A DNA stretch of 64,000 bases from Guillardia theta CCMP2712 (taxonomy: Eukaryota > Protista > Cryptophyta). The translations under genes and the position numbers were made by a program. Within the stretch, counting starts at the first letter, position 1; every line of letters starts with the position of its first letter. This document shows, piece by piece, positions 38,147 to 48,638 of this stretch. The stretch is from contig NW_005434661.1 of NCBI RefSeq assembly GCF_000315625.1, positions 5,764 through 69,763 on the forward strand. The letters are read 5' to 3'. The notes below the pieces were generated by a model, which was not told the origin of the DNA, searched no databases, and was given only the letters and a program-made list of their open reading frames with translations.

Positions 38147-39551
38147 TAATTTCATACTTTTTTTATATTTTTTTGTCCAATTATATGACTCTGTACGTAA
38201 AAACGATGATTCCTGCGTACAATACAACAATAAATCTATTACACTACTAAAATTAAAATATATTCCTATTGCAGTACAATGCTAATAATATCCAAATTAA
38301 AACACTTGAAAACACAATGACAAAATTTCTATTAAGATTATGTTCAATAAATATTAATTACCCATACAATAAATATTATTTCAATTAAAATAATATCCAA
38401 TAAATATTAATTGCCTTATCAATGTAAATTAATGCTGCAGCGCGGTGCATAAATTGCACAATGTAAAACGGCGGTATAGCATGAGCAAAGCGAATGCTAT
38501 GATGAGCGCGCAGTGCTCATCTATTCCATTGCAACTTGTGCTACACTTGTTATTCCTATTACACTCGCAAACCCTTGATTACAAGTATTCAGTCGTCCTG
38601 AACTGTATAATGGAGCGTATCATAACACAGAAATAACAGAATAAACAGCGGTAACGCACGTAAGTGCGTGGGCCGAAGGCCTATCCCTGTTGAAACATGC
38701 TAACCATATATATTTCTTGATGATTTTGTGATTATTTTTCTTTTAAGTTAAATCTGAAATTTAGTAGTGTTAATATATATTTGTTAATTATACATTCCTC
38801 GACGGCGAGTGTCTTGCAATGATTCGATAAAAACCGCAGCAGTGCAATGCTAAAATTTAAAAGACCTCCATGAAATCAATCTGCTGGTACCAAATGGTTA
38901 AATCCATACCTTTAAACACAGACATAAATCCTTTAGTAAAAAATATAAAATCAAATTTGTATCAGATTTAAACTGTGTTCTCGTAACATTTACAGATTAC
39001 AATCGCATTTTCATGACTGGACGCTCAGCTTGCCGTAGGCAACAGAATTGCAATGAAACCACAAGCTTATTCTCTTATAATCTTGCAATTCCGTTGCAAT
39101 TTTGTCCAGTTTAGCTCCTTTTGTCAAAAGGAGCAAATAAAAGCAACATAGAGCTACTCGTAGCCACATAAAACCCCAAGCTTTTACATATATTTTTTCA
39201 TATATCATTGGGCGACAACAATTAAATGGTTTAATTGTTTTTTCATTTCTTAATATATATGCCAACATCATGCTTTTTAATTGATTACATTCATTCTCTT
39301 TTTTTATTTTTATGCACTATACTGCTGATAATTATTGTACAATATTCAATATACTAACGAGCGTACCCACGGAGTGGCTTGAGCAAACATATTATATATT
39401 TGTTTTCCTATTGATTATATCAGCGCTCCCTATTTTTTGCATGCAAAACATAGAGGAGCAGCTTCGCTGGAAGCAGCCTTGGTCGCTTGCACTCGAAGAG
39501 CTGCGCCAACCTTTTGAATGTGTTAATGAACTCTTGATTATAACAAAAATA

Positions 39552-40195
39552 AATTAGGACAAGAATTTTCATATTTCTGAAATTTTGCAAAATTGAAAAA
39601 TAAATTTTCAACTTGAGAAAAATATTTTCCTGATTTTACATTTTTTCCAGAAATTCAAAATTCTTGTCCTAATTCAATCATTATCTTAGATCATACACTA
39701 TAGTACATATATATCTAATGTTATATGTGATGTACATGATCTATGTATGTGCATTGGAACTCTTGATATCAAAAATAAATTAGGACAAGAATTTTCAAAT
39801 TTCAGAAATTTTGCAAAATTGAAAAATAAATTTTCAACTTGAGAAAAATATTTTCCTGATTTTACATTTTTTTTTGAAATTCTAAATTCTTGTCCTAATT
39901 CAATCATTATCTTAGATCATACACTATAGTACATATGTGCTATATACTATATACTATATACTATATACTATATACTATATATTGTGTATATGATGTATGT
40001 ATGTATGTATGTATGTATGTATGTATGTATGTATGTATGTATGTGCTATTGAACTCTTGATAATGTCAAAAATAAATTAGGACAAGAATTTTCAAATTTC
40101 AGAAATTTTGCAAAACTGGAAAATAAATTTTCAACTTGATAAAATATTTTCCTGATTTTACATATTTTTCAGAAATTCTAAATTCTTGTCCTAAT
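39552..40195. repeat. array A: three ~120-bp palindromic units with 18-bp arms AATTAGGACAAGAATTTT
   Basis: Units at 39552-39674, ~39778-39900 and ~40075-40195, separated by related spacers with TATAC/TGTA microsatellites. Confidence 0.9.
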
Positions 40196-41102
40196 CTTAA
40201 TTATTATCTAAGATCATACACTATAGTACATATGTACTATATACTATATACTATATACTATATACTATATATTGTGTTATAATGTATGTATGTGNNNNNN
40301 NNNNNNNNNNNNNNNNNNNNNNNNNNNNNNNNNNNNNNNNNNNNNNNNNNNNNNNNNNNNNNNNNNNNNNNNNNNNNNNNNNNNNNNNNNNNNNNNNNNN
40401 NNNNNNNNNNNNNNNNNNNNNNNNNNNNNNNNNNNNNNNNNNNNNNNNNNNNNNNNNNNNNNNNNNNNNNNNNNNNNNNNNNNNNNNNNNNNNNNNNNNN
40501 NNNNNNNNNNNNNNNNNNNNNNNNNNNNNNNNNNNNNNNNNNNNNNNNNNNNNNNNNNNNNNNNNNNNNNNNNNNNNNNNNNNNNNNNNNNNNNNNNNNN
40601 NNNNNNNNNNNNNNNNNNNNNNNNNNNNNNNNNNNNNNNNNNNNNNNNNNNNNNNNNNNNNNNNNNNNNNNNNNNNNNNNNNNNNNNNNNNNNNNNNNNN
40701 NNNNNNNNNNNNNNNNNNNNNNNNNNNNNNNNNNNNNTCACATACACCGTAGTACATATATACTATATAGTATATAGTATATAGTATATAGGAAGAGATA
40801 TGCAGTTGTCTATGTAAGTACTATGTATTGTGTATATGATGCATGTATGTGATAATTGAACTCTTGATAATATCGAAGTGTCCTAATCTTAATTATTGGT
40901 TCACTATAGTACATATATATTAAATGTCACATGTGATAAGGCAAAATTATATCAAATCTATATTAAAAAAACTATATTTGTAATCATTTGTTTTGTCTCT
41001 TTNNNNNNNNNNNNNNNNNNNNNNNNNNNNNNNNNNNNNNNNNNNNNNNNNNNNNNNNNNNNNNNNNNNNNNNNNNNNNNNNNNNNNNNNNNNNNNNNNN
41101 NN

Positions 41103-41746
41103 AATCATAACACTCATCTCTATATGCTAAACATAAATTATGATTATCACATTTTTGAAAATATTGATACATATGATAAGAGTATCCTATGTCATTCAAT
41201 TCATATATTAAAGATAAATCTTTTGATGCTTGCATAACACCAAATGTTTTCGGATATGCATTCATTGAATAATCATCTATACTGAACATAGATACTATAT
41301 CATATATTACATTATCTATTACATATGAATTATTGCAATAAGGGCAATTATGTATATTAAAATCATATGATTTCAATATGCATGATTTATGGAACTTGTG
41401 GCCACATCCTAATATCAGTGAATTCTTTGGGGAAACAAAACCATTATAGGCGCAGCCAAGGCTGCTTCGCGGCCGCACAGATGGAACACTCATCCATGTA
41501 TGGGTTGATATATGTCACCTTCTTAAGAAGCTTGTCAATAAAGTATTGTTTTTTCTTTTTCCTTTTACTTGATAATGGTGATGGGGATGGTGTATCATAT
41601 GAATTATATACCACTGATTTTTTTGAATATAGGTATCCACGTACTATATTCTGGCAATAATAACATTCACCACAGTCACATATTTCCTGAGAATGATCTG
41701 ATGATAGATTGTCTGTTATTATATCTTCTAATGTCAATGATTTCAT
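41103..41746 (-). pseudogene. RING-finger protein frameshifted by a 28-bp insertion
   Basis: Removing 41449-41476 fuses the two ORFs into ...DECSICYNGFVSPKNSLILGCGHKFHKSCILKSYDFNIHNCPYCN (RING-H2 spacing). Confidence 0.8.
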
Positions 41747-41902
41747 TTGAGATTCGTTTCATATATTCGTTTCATTTTTAACACTATGAAACAATATATC
41801 CTAGATCATGACCATGTGACACTGTGCTTTTGCAAGAGACTATGTATAGAATATATGTATAGACATCTGATATATATTGTTCCTGTTGTGCTATATGGTA
41901 TA

Positions 41903-42572
41903 TTTAGGACGCTTCGCTTGCCGGAGGCAACAAGAATTTTGATTTTTAGAAAAAAATGTAAAATCCGGAAAATAAATTTTCAACTTGAGAAAAATATTTT
42001 CCAGTTTTGCAAATTTTCACAGATTTCTAAATTCTTGTCCTAATTTATATTTTTGTACATATGGCAACTATTTATCATGTTTAATTCTTGATCATCACTA
42101 TATACATGTCTATGTATAGAACATCTGATCTATATTGTTACTGTTGTGCTATATGGTATATTTAGGACAAGAATTTTGATTTTTAGAAAAAAATGTAAAA
42201 TCAGGAAAATATTTTTCTCAAGTTGAAAATTTATTTTCCAGTTTTGCAAATTTTCACAGATTTCTAAATTCTTGTCCTAATTTATATTTTTGTACATATG
42301 GCAACTATTTATCATGGTTAGATTCTTTATCATTACTATGGTGCTTGAGACTAGAGGCTACATACATAGACATACATAGACATACATATACATGTATAGA
42401 CATACATAGAATATCTGATCTATATTGTTACTATTATGCTATATGATATATTTAGGACAAGAATTTTGATTTTTAGAAAAAAATGTAAAATCCGGAAAAT
42501 ATTTTTCTCAAGTTGAAAATTTATTTTCCAGTTTTGCAAATTTTCACAGATTTCTAAATTCTTGTCCTAATT
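41903..42572. repeat. array B: three ~120-bp palindromic units in opposite orientation to array A
   Basis: Units ~41903-42044, 42161-42282 and 42451-42572 match the reverse complement of the array A units. Confidence 0.9.
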
Positions 42573-42680
42573 TATATTTTTGTACATATGGCAACTATTT
42601 ATCATGGTTAGATTCTTTATCATTACTGTGGTGCTTGAGACTAGAGGCTACATACTTTATATTGATTTTTTATTAAGATC

Positions 42681-43616
42681 ATGGAAAATCCTGCCACCTT
42701 CCAATTTAAATCTAATCTGCTCAAGGCGTCAAAGAGCAATGATTTCAAGGATGCCGTTGCCTACGGCAAGCGGAGCGTCAATGAATGGCGCATCATCAAA
42801 AACAAGATGATCAATGATGATCCAAACAAGACATACAAATGCATATGTCAGAGGAAAATCCAATACATTTCATTCATCTATAACATAGAAACGAAATTAA
42901 CAATATTGGTTGGATCTACATGTTTGAAGAAATTCAAGATCAACAAAAACCACAACCAAGACAATCCCTATACAAAAATCATCATATCCAAACTGACCAA
43001 AGGAGAGTATGAGATCATAGACGACATAATAGAATATAGTGATGACGTTGAGAAAGAATTGCAAAATTATTATGAGACTATAATCACCAACATTCTAACC
43101 AATCCTAGATTGAGCACTGAAGATGTTCATGATGGTCTATCTACTATCATTGAAGAGATTCTGTTCTTGAAGAATGAATACGGATTGTCATATCTAGATT
43201 CAATTCTTAATGAAGTTAAGGAATCAATTAAAAGAATTGATTTGCAATTAGAGAGAGAGATTGAAACTAGATTAAGACTGCAGAAAATAGATGAAGAACA
43301 ACTTATTCAACGATTGAAGAAAGAGGAAGAAGCAAGAAAATCCAAAGAGATTAATGACTTTAAAGATAGAATTAACAACATTAATTATTCTACAAGTCAT
43401 ATTCTTCAATCTTTAGAAAATATGCTACAAGAGATGCAAGGTAAATCATACTTAGAACACATCTCAATCAGAGTGAATAAGTTGATCAGAAGATGTCCTG
43501 CTTCTACTATCGCAAGGGGGACAGAACCCTCATATTTCAAGAAGAAGAGTTTATCAAAATCAATTAGTTTTTTTATTAGTTTTTATTACTTTTTTTCTTC
43601 CGCCCTCTCTTTCTAG
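42681..43616 (+). CDS. virus-like hypothetical protein with N-terminal Cys motif and coiled-coil tail
   Basis: 311-aa intron-less ORF; EW...CICQRKI...IYN..T..TILVGSTCLKKF, a pattern I associate with large DNA virus/phage ORFs. Confidence 0.65.
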   Translation: MENPATFQFKSNLLKASKSNDFKDAVAYGKRSVNEWRIIKNKMINDDPNKTYKCICQRKIQYISFIYNIETKLTILVGSTCLKKFKINKNHNQDNPYTKIIISKLTKGEYEIIDDIIEYSDDVEKELQNYYETIITNILTNPRLSTEDVHDGLSTIIEEILFLKNEYGLSYLDSILNEVKESIKRIDLQLEREIETRLRLQKIDEEQLIQRLKKEEEARKSKEINDFKDRINNINYSTSHILQSLENMLQEMQGKSYLEHISIRVNKLIRRCPASTIARGTEPSYFKKKSLSKSISFFISFYYFFSSALSF

Positions 43617-44528
43617 CATGGAATCACACAAAATTAATCTGGGATTAATTCCTTTAATTTTTGAATATTTTTTCTTCAACTCATAAAACAATTTATCAAA
43701 CTCTTCATTTAATTTAACAAAATTAATTGGATTTTCTTTATTATTAGATGTTTTCTCATCATCATTGTAACCACTAAAACTTGGCACAAAATAATCAATA
43801 TGTGGTTTAATCATGACAACTTCTATGTGCAGTTTAGTCAAGTTTAAACTATTCCATTTTTCGATAATTTTAACAGTTTTTTCTTTGGAGTCAGTGTGTA
43901 TAGAAAATTCTAATGTATCATATTTTTTTAATTCCCAATGTTCATTTTCATTGTCATAGTCCTTTCCATCTTTAAAAGAATATGGAAAAGCGTTTGTAAG
44001 TCTAAAAACACATGTGTCTTCATTTAAATTTAAATTAAAATCATTTAAATTTAATTTATAAATCTTGTCAACCAAAAAACAATCTTGACCATCAGAATAC
44101 TTAACCTTGACTAAACATGTGATATTTCGCTTTTGATCTTCTTGTAAATATTTTAATTGTTTATATTCATAAAACGCGTTTTCTTGTTCTTTTATTTGAT
44201 TTTCATCATATTGATTTGTAATTTTAATGTCAGGCAATGATTTCAGAGATTTTGGTATAGAAGGATCTGCTACATCATCAGGATTTGCTATATCATCAGG
44301 ATCTGCTACATCACATGTTTTGCCTGTACAAAAAATTCTTGATAAAAAACCACCTCCTGCTTTCTTAATATTAGAAAGCGGGATGAATTCATTTTTTAAT
44401 TTGATATATTTTTTGTTTTTCTTTGTATAAATAATCTTGCCATTGTATTTAGCTTCCGTTTTTATATAATCACTATGTTTATTAGTTTGTTTTTTATGTT
44501 TTGCAACAGGCACAATCAATCTATTCAT
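43560..44528 (-). CDS. virus-like hypothetical protein
   Basis: 322-aa intron-less N/K-rich ORF; KYIKLKN...GGG motif recalls giant-virus low-complexity families. Confidence 0.6.
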   Translation of the reverse strand: MNRLIVPVAKHKKQTNKHSDYIKTEAKYNGKIIYTKKNKKYIKLKNEFIPLSNIKKAGGGFLSRIFCTGKTCDVADPDDIANPDDVADPSIPKSLKSLPDIKITNQYDENQIKEQENAFYEYKQLKYLQEDQKRNITCLVKVKYSDGQDCFLVDKIYKLNLNDFNLNLNEDTCVFRLTNAFPYSFKDGKDYDNENEHWELKKYDTLEFSIHTDSKEKTVKIIEKWNSLNLTKLHIEVVMIKPHIDYFVPSFSGYNDDEKTSNNKENPINFVKLNEEFDKLFYELKKKYSKIKGINPRLILCDSMLEREGGRKKVIKTNKKTN

Positions 44529-45374
44529 ATTTATTTACAATATTACAATATTATAAAATTATATTACAATTAATTTTATAAGCTTCCAGCAAATTAAGTT
44601 TGTCAGATTGCATTTAAAATCAAATCTTTATCTTTAATCGGCGCTTTGCTTAATGAAGCCAACAAAACGTTTTTCTTGTAAATTATAAATTTCCAAAATA
44701 TAAGAATTGATTCTTCAGAGAAGAATCCAATCCTTTTGTAGTTTAAAATGCGTTAGTTTTATCCAATATGTATTGTTGTAGAAGTCTTGTTCCATCTCTT
44801 TATAAATGCAATACACTTATTTTCGTAGATATTTGAATATATCCATCTCTAATTTCTACATAGACTAGAAGAATTAGATCTAAAATCAAAGAATATATCA
44901 AAAATGCCATAGAAATTAATGATCCAGAACTTATTGTTAGGGTCCCGCTCTATATTCATTTTTTCTTTCCAAGAAAACAAATTCAAAAAGAAGCAATTCA
45001 AGATATCTGCCGTCGTTTCGGAACCCCCCAGATGAGAAGAAGATGAACGAAAAGAAAAGGAATAAGAAATATGAATCCGAAAGACATAGACTTGAAGCAT
45101 TAGACTGATTCCGTGATATTAGAATAGGGGGTTCCGAGCTTGCGCAGGCTTGGCTTTAGCCATCCGAAGCGATGAAATCGCTAAGGCTTGGGCCTTGCCC
45201 AACCGCCCCCCTCCGACGGTCAGTTACTCAAGTTGTATCATGGTGATATTGATGGTTTCACTATTGAATTACAACCTTCTCTTGAAACCTATCAAGAAAT
45301 CTTGACTAAATATGATCTATGGAAGAAGGATTTTCCATCCTACCTTTGATATTTCTAAATTAATTATTTTTTAC

Positions 45375-45560
45375 ATTGATATCGCAATTGATTTGCATGG
45401 ATATTGCATGATACTGCATGGATATTGCATGATACTGCATGAATTTGCATCGATATTGCAATTGTAAGCATTGATTTCGCATGGTTGTGCATGGATTTGC
45501 AAAGATATTGCAATTGTAAGCATTGATTTCGCATGGACTTGCAAAGATAGCGCAATTGAT
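45375..45560. repeat. degenerate ~11-bp GATATTGCATK tandem repeats
   Basis: Direct reading; same family as 46170-46425. Confidence 0.8.
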
Positions 45561-45606
45561 ATGCTTTTGTTAGGCATGTTTAAGAATAAAAAATACCACA
45601 GATAAT

Positions 45607-46116
45607 TTATTTATCATTGTTTGATGAATTTTTCAAAGCATGCTCCAACTCCAATATCTGAATGATTTTAATGATTTGCATGATTATATGCACCGTTCCG
45701 TAACCAGTAAAATTAAACACAACCGAATCCTCAACCTCATCACCGTTATGATAATGATAATAACTGAACTTCCGTGCATCATACTCCTCCTTAGTCATCA
45801 AGTGGCAATACATATGCCCCTCATACGAACTGAGAACTGCATCGTAGTTTTTGAACAAAGGCCTGAACAACCCCAATATGTGCAAGTTGTTGTGTTCAGC
45901 TTCGGAATCAAGATCGGCATGAAAATCGAATCGCAAATGGTACGGCCGGTCTGTATGGCATTTGCATGGGTCTTTATCTTCGATAACAGGAAACTCAGTC
46001 TGTCCAAGAGTTCTCCTCACTAGATTTTCTAGTTGAGTGTCATAATATGATTTAGAAGTATCATATAACGATTTCTCAATACATTTCTTTCGCTCTGCAT
46101 CCAATATAGATTGCAT
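45607..46116 (-). CDS. hypothetical protein (island)
   Basis: 169-aa ATG-initiated intron-less ORF with protein-like composition, flanked by repeat arrays. Confidence 0.6.
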   Translation of the reverse strand: MQSILDAERKKCIEKSLYDTSKSYYDTQLENLVRRTLGQTEFPVIEDKDPCKCHTDRPYHLRFDFHADLDSEAEHNNLHILGLFRPLFKNYDAVLSSYEGHMYCHLMTKEEYDARKFSYYHYHNGDEVEDSVVFNFTGYGTVHIIMQIIKIIQILELEHALKNSSNNDK

Positions 46117-46169
46117 GTTTTTGCTTTCTATTGATTGAACTGATTGATATCATTTTTTCGAATAGTTGT

Positions 46170-46425
46170 GCATTTTATATTGCATGGTTGTGCATTGATA
46201 TTGCATTAATATTGTATTAATATTGCATTAATATTGCATAGTTGTGCATTGATTGTGCAAAGATATTGCAATTGTAAGCATTGATATTGCATTAGTATTG
46301 CATTGATATTGCATGGTTCTGCATGGATATTGCAATAGTAAGCATTGATATTGCATTGATATTGCATGGTTGTGCATGGATTTGCAAAGATATTGCAATT
46401 TTAAGCATTAATATTGCATGGATTC
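46170..46425. repeat. degenerate ~11-bp GATATTGCATT tandem repeats
   Basis: Direct reading; shares GCAAAGATATTGCAATTGTAAGCATTGAT with 45499-45527. Confidence 0.8.
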
Positions 46426-46532
46426 ACATAGATATAGCATAGATATAGCATATATAGCAACAGTGAGCATAGATATAATATTGGAAAGAGATATTTAGTA
46501 TAAACAAAAATTGTATAGATAATATAGATAGA

Positions 46533-46814
46533 ATGTCTGACACAGCAGCTGTTGATACAGTTATTGATCCTAAAATCTTGAAAAGAAGAGAATATCAAAG
46601 ACAATATTACAAGAAGAAATATCAAGAAGACCCCGAATACAGGAAGAAGAGAGATCAGATCAACAAAGATTACAAAAATTCAAGATATCAATATGATGAG
46701 GAATATAGGGAGAAACAGAAGGAAATCAAACGAGATAAATTAAGGAAGAAATACAATGAGGATGAAGAATACAGATTGAAGAAGATAGCGGATGTATATC
46801 TTAGAAAGATATGA
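46533..46814 (+). CDS. small charged (K/R/E/Y) virus-like protein
   Basis: 93 aa with three Y..D.EYR repeats. Confidence 0.6.
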   Translation: MSDTAAVDTVIDPKILKRREYQRQYYKKKYQEDPEYRKKRDQINKDYKNSRYQYDEEYREKQKEIKRDKLRKKYNEDEEYRLKKIADVYLRKI

Positions 46815-46885
46815 AAAGGATATAAGGAAATTTATATAGATATATCTAGTTACGAGGAAGAAAAAGATCCAAGGAAAGAGACACA

Positions 46886-47235
46886 ATGAAATCGGATTAT
46901 GAGACAGATGTTTCAATGGAGTCAAATGAAACATATAAGACAGATGATACAGTATGTTGCATTTCGGTTCCGAAAAGTAATTTTGATGTGATAAAATACT
47001 TTGGATCGAGAGAGTTGCAAGGGATGAGGTTCTATGAGAATTTTGATAAGAAAGCATTGCAAAATGTGTTCCAAAACTTTGAAAAGTATGAATCAGAGAT
47101 AAGGAAGAACAATGAACAGGAAGATTGGAATCCGAAGGGATTCATGCTGAATTATTTGAAGCATTCAGGATCGAACGATTACTGTTTGATAAGTTATTCA
47201 AAGGCAAAGAAAGCGCCTCAATTCAATGAAAATAA
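46886..47235 (+). pseudogene. 5' fragment of a viral replication-type gene (possible PolA-like primase-helicase N-terminus), interrupted
   Basis: FYENFDKKALQNVF...LNYLKHSG...ISYSK pattern; base composition changes abruptly at ~47235 while the frame runs on into unrelated DNA. Confidence 0.35.
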
Positions 47236-47236
47236 T

Positions 47237-48375
47237 CATATATATACTGAGGCGGGCCCGCAGGGCCCGCCTTACAAAAAACTCACAACGTCGGGAGCCC
47301 CACCGCAAACATACCCCCAGATCCCCTCCCACCTTCCATCTGAGGTCATGGAGAGGCTCATTGGCCTCCATCTAGACTGATCTGATACCTCCTTGTGTCA
47401 TCCGACTCATATATATACTGAGGCGGGCCCGCAGGGCCCGCCTTACAAAAACTCACCCAAGACTTCAAACAAAGCATGGAAGCTCTCTCCAACAATGGCG
47501 ACAACAAATTCATCGGGAAACTCCTCAACACCGCCATGAAACCCCAAGTCGACAAGTACGCCGCCGACGCTTCCTTGCCACTCTCGGCTCTCTCAACGGA
47601 TCAATGGGTCAACGACTTCATCTTCTCCCTCGACACCTCCACGATCAGCAGATCCATCCAGGCTACGAAGACCGTCAATCGATCCAGACTCAACTCGCCT
47701 TGGCATCCTCCAAGCTCTACAACGGGACCGAATCCGAGGCTCAACCCAACCGCAACCTCTACCTCTTCCAAAAACTTCACCCCAACCAACAATACAACAG
47801 CAGCGACAAAAAGGCCTTGGCAATCTCCTATGTCAACCGATGCATCGAGATCATCATGTTCTGGGACAAAGACCTCACTCAGACCCCCAACTCTACCCAC
47901 GTCCCAACAAGGGATTACATCAACAACATGGTCGATACATTGTCAACCAACAACGATATCTTCATCTCAGTTCACTGCGCCATAGACCAACCTCTCAGAT
48001 CCGTCTTCAACTACACCATCGCAACTCAGAAGCATACCAAGCTCTACACCATCATCGCTTTGACTCTGACCGCAGTGCGTCGCGCTGAGCAACAACCCGA
48101 TACTATCCTCAGTCTCTATAAGTTCCTCTTCTTGCTGATCAACGAACATATCGTTCGTCCGCATATGTCAGGCCTTAACTTTAACTTTAAAAATCTCTTT
48201 GATCTTCAATAAACTTGACTTGAACGAAAACTCATTCGACTCAGTGACTGTTTCCGATACCCTAAACCTTAATCACTAGATTAACTTTGAACTTTGAACT
48301 TTGAACTTGAACTTGAACTTAAACCTTAAACTCAAACTTAAACTCAAACTTCAACTCTGAGGCGAGCCCACAAAG
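47237..48375 (+). mobile_element. unidentified C/A-rich element with duplicated 5' hairpin repeat, frameshifted ORF and AACTTG-type tail
   Basis: Direct repeat CATATATATACTGAGGCGGGCCCGCAGGGCCCGCCTTACAAAAACTCAC at ~47237 and ~47408; overlapping ORFs 47476-47985 and 47604-48212; degenerate AACTT(T)G repeats 48283-48355. Confidence 0.4.
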
Positions 48376-48638
48376 ACCACCCCATCCTCCCCTTGTAACT
48401 TCAAATCAAACTAACCGTTACAACATCAGTAGTACCCCTTTAACGAGCTCTTAGCCCCATTCCACTAGGCGTGTTCGGTACGCCAATTACAGGTCAATTC
48501 TGAATTCTCAATTGTGGGCCACATTTAAGATTTCAGAACGCGCGCAGAAAACGTGTTCGGTATTGCAATTTAATAAGTCATGTTGTAAGATAATAGTAAC
48601 ATTTTAAGATTCAAACCGTGCCCTTGCTCCCATCAACC

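Larger units (their letters stand above)
37681..47235. mobile_element. AT-rich, intron-less virus-like island (endogenous NCLDV/polinton-like virus-type DNA), partly decayed
   Basis: Abrupt shift to strongly AT-rich composition; N/K/I-rich intron-less ORFs; virus-type zinc fingers; palindromic arrays; no capsid, ATPase or PolB hallmark visible. Confidence 0.6.

Noticed and set aside
40251-40784. ORFs made of X residues
   Set aside because: Span an assembly gap of Ns
39530-42650. CRISPR-like repeat/spacer array
   Set aside because: Units are ~120 bp, the spacers are homologous to each other rather than unique, and no cas genes are present in this eukaryotic context
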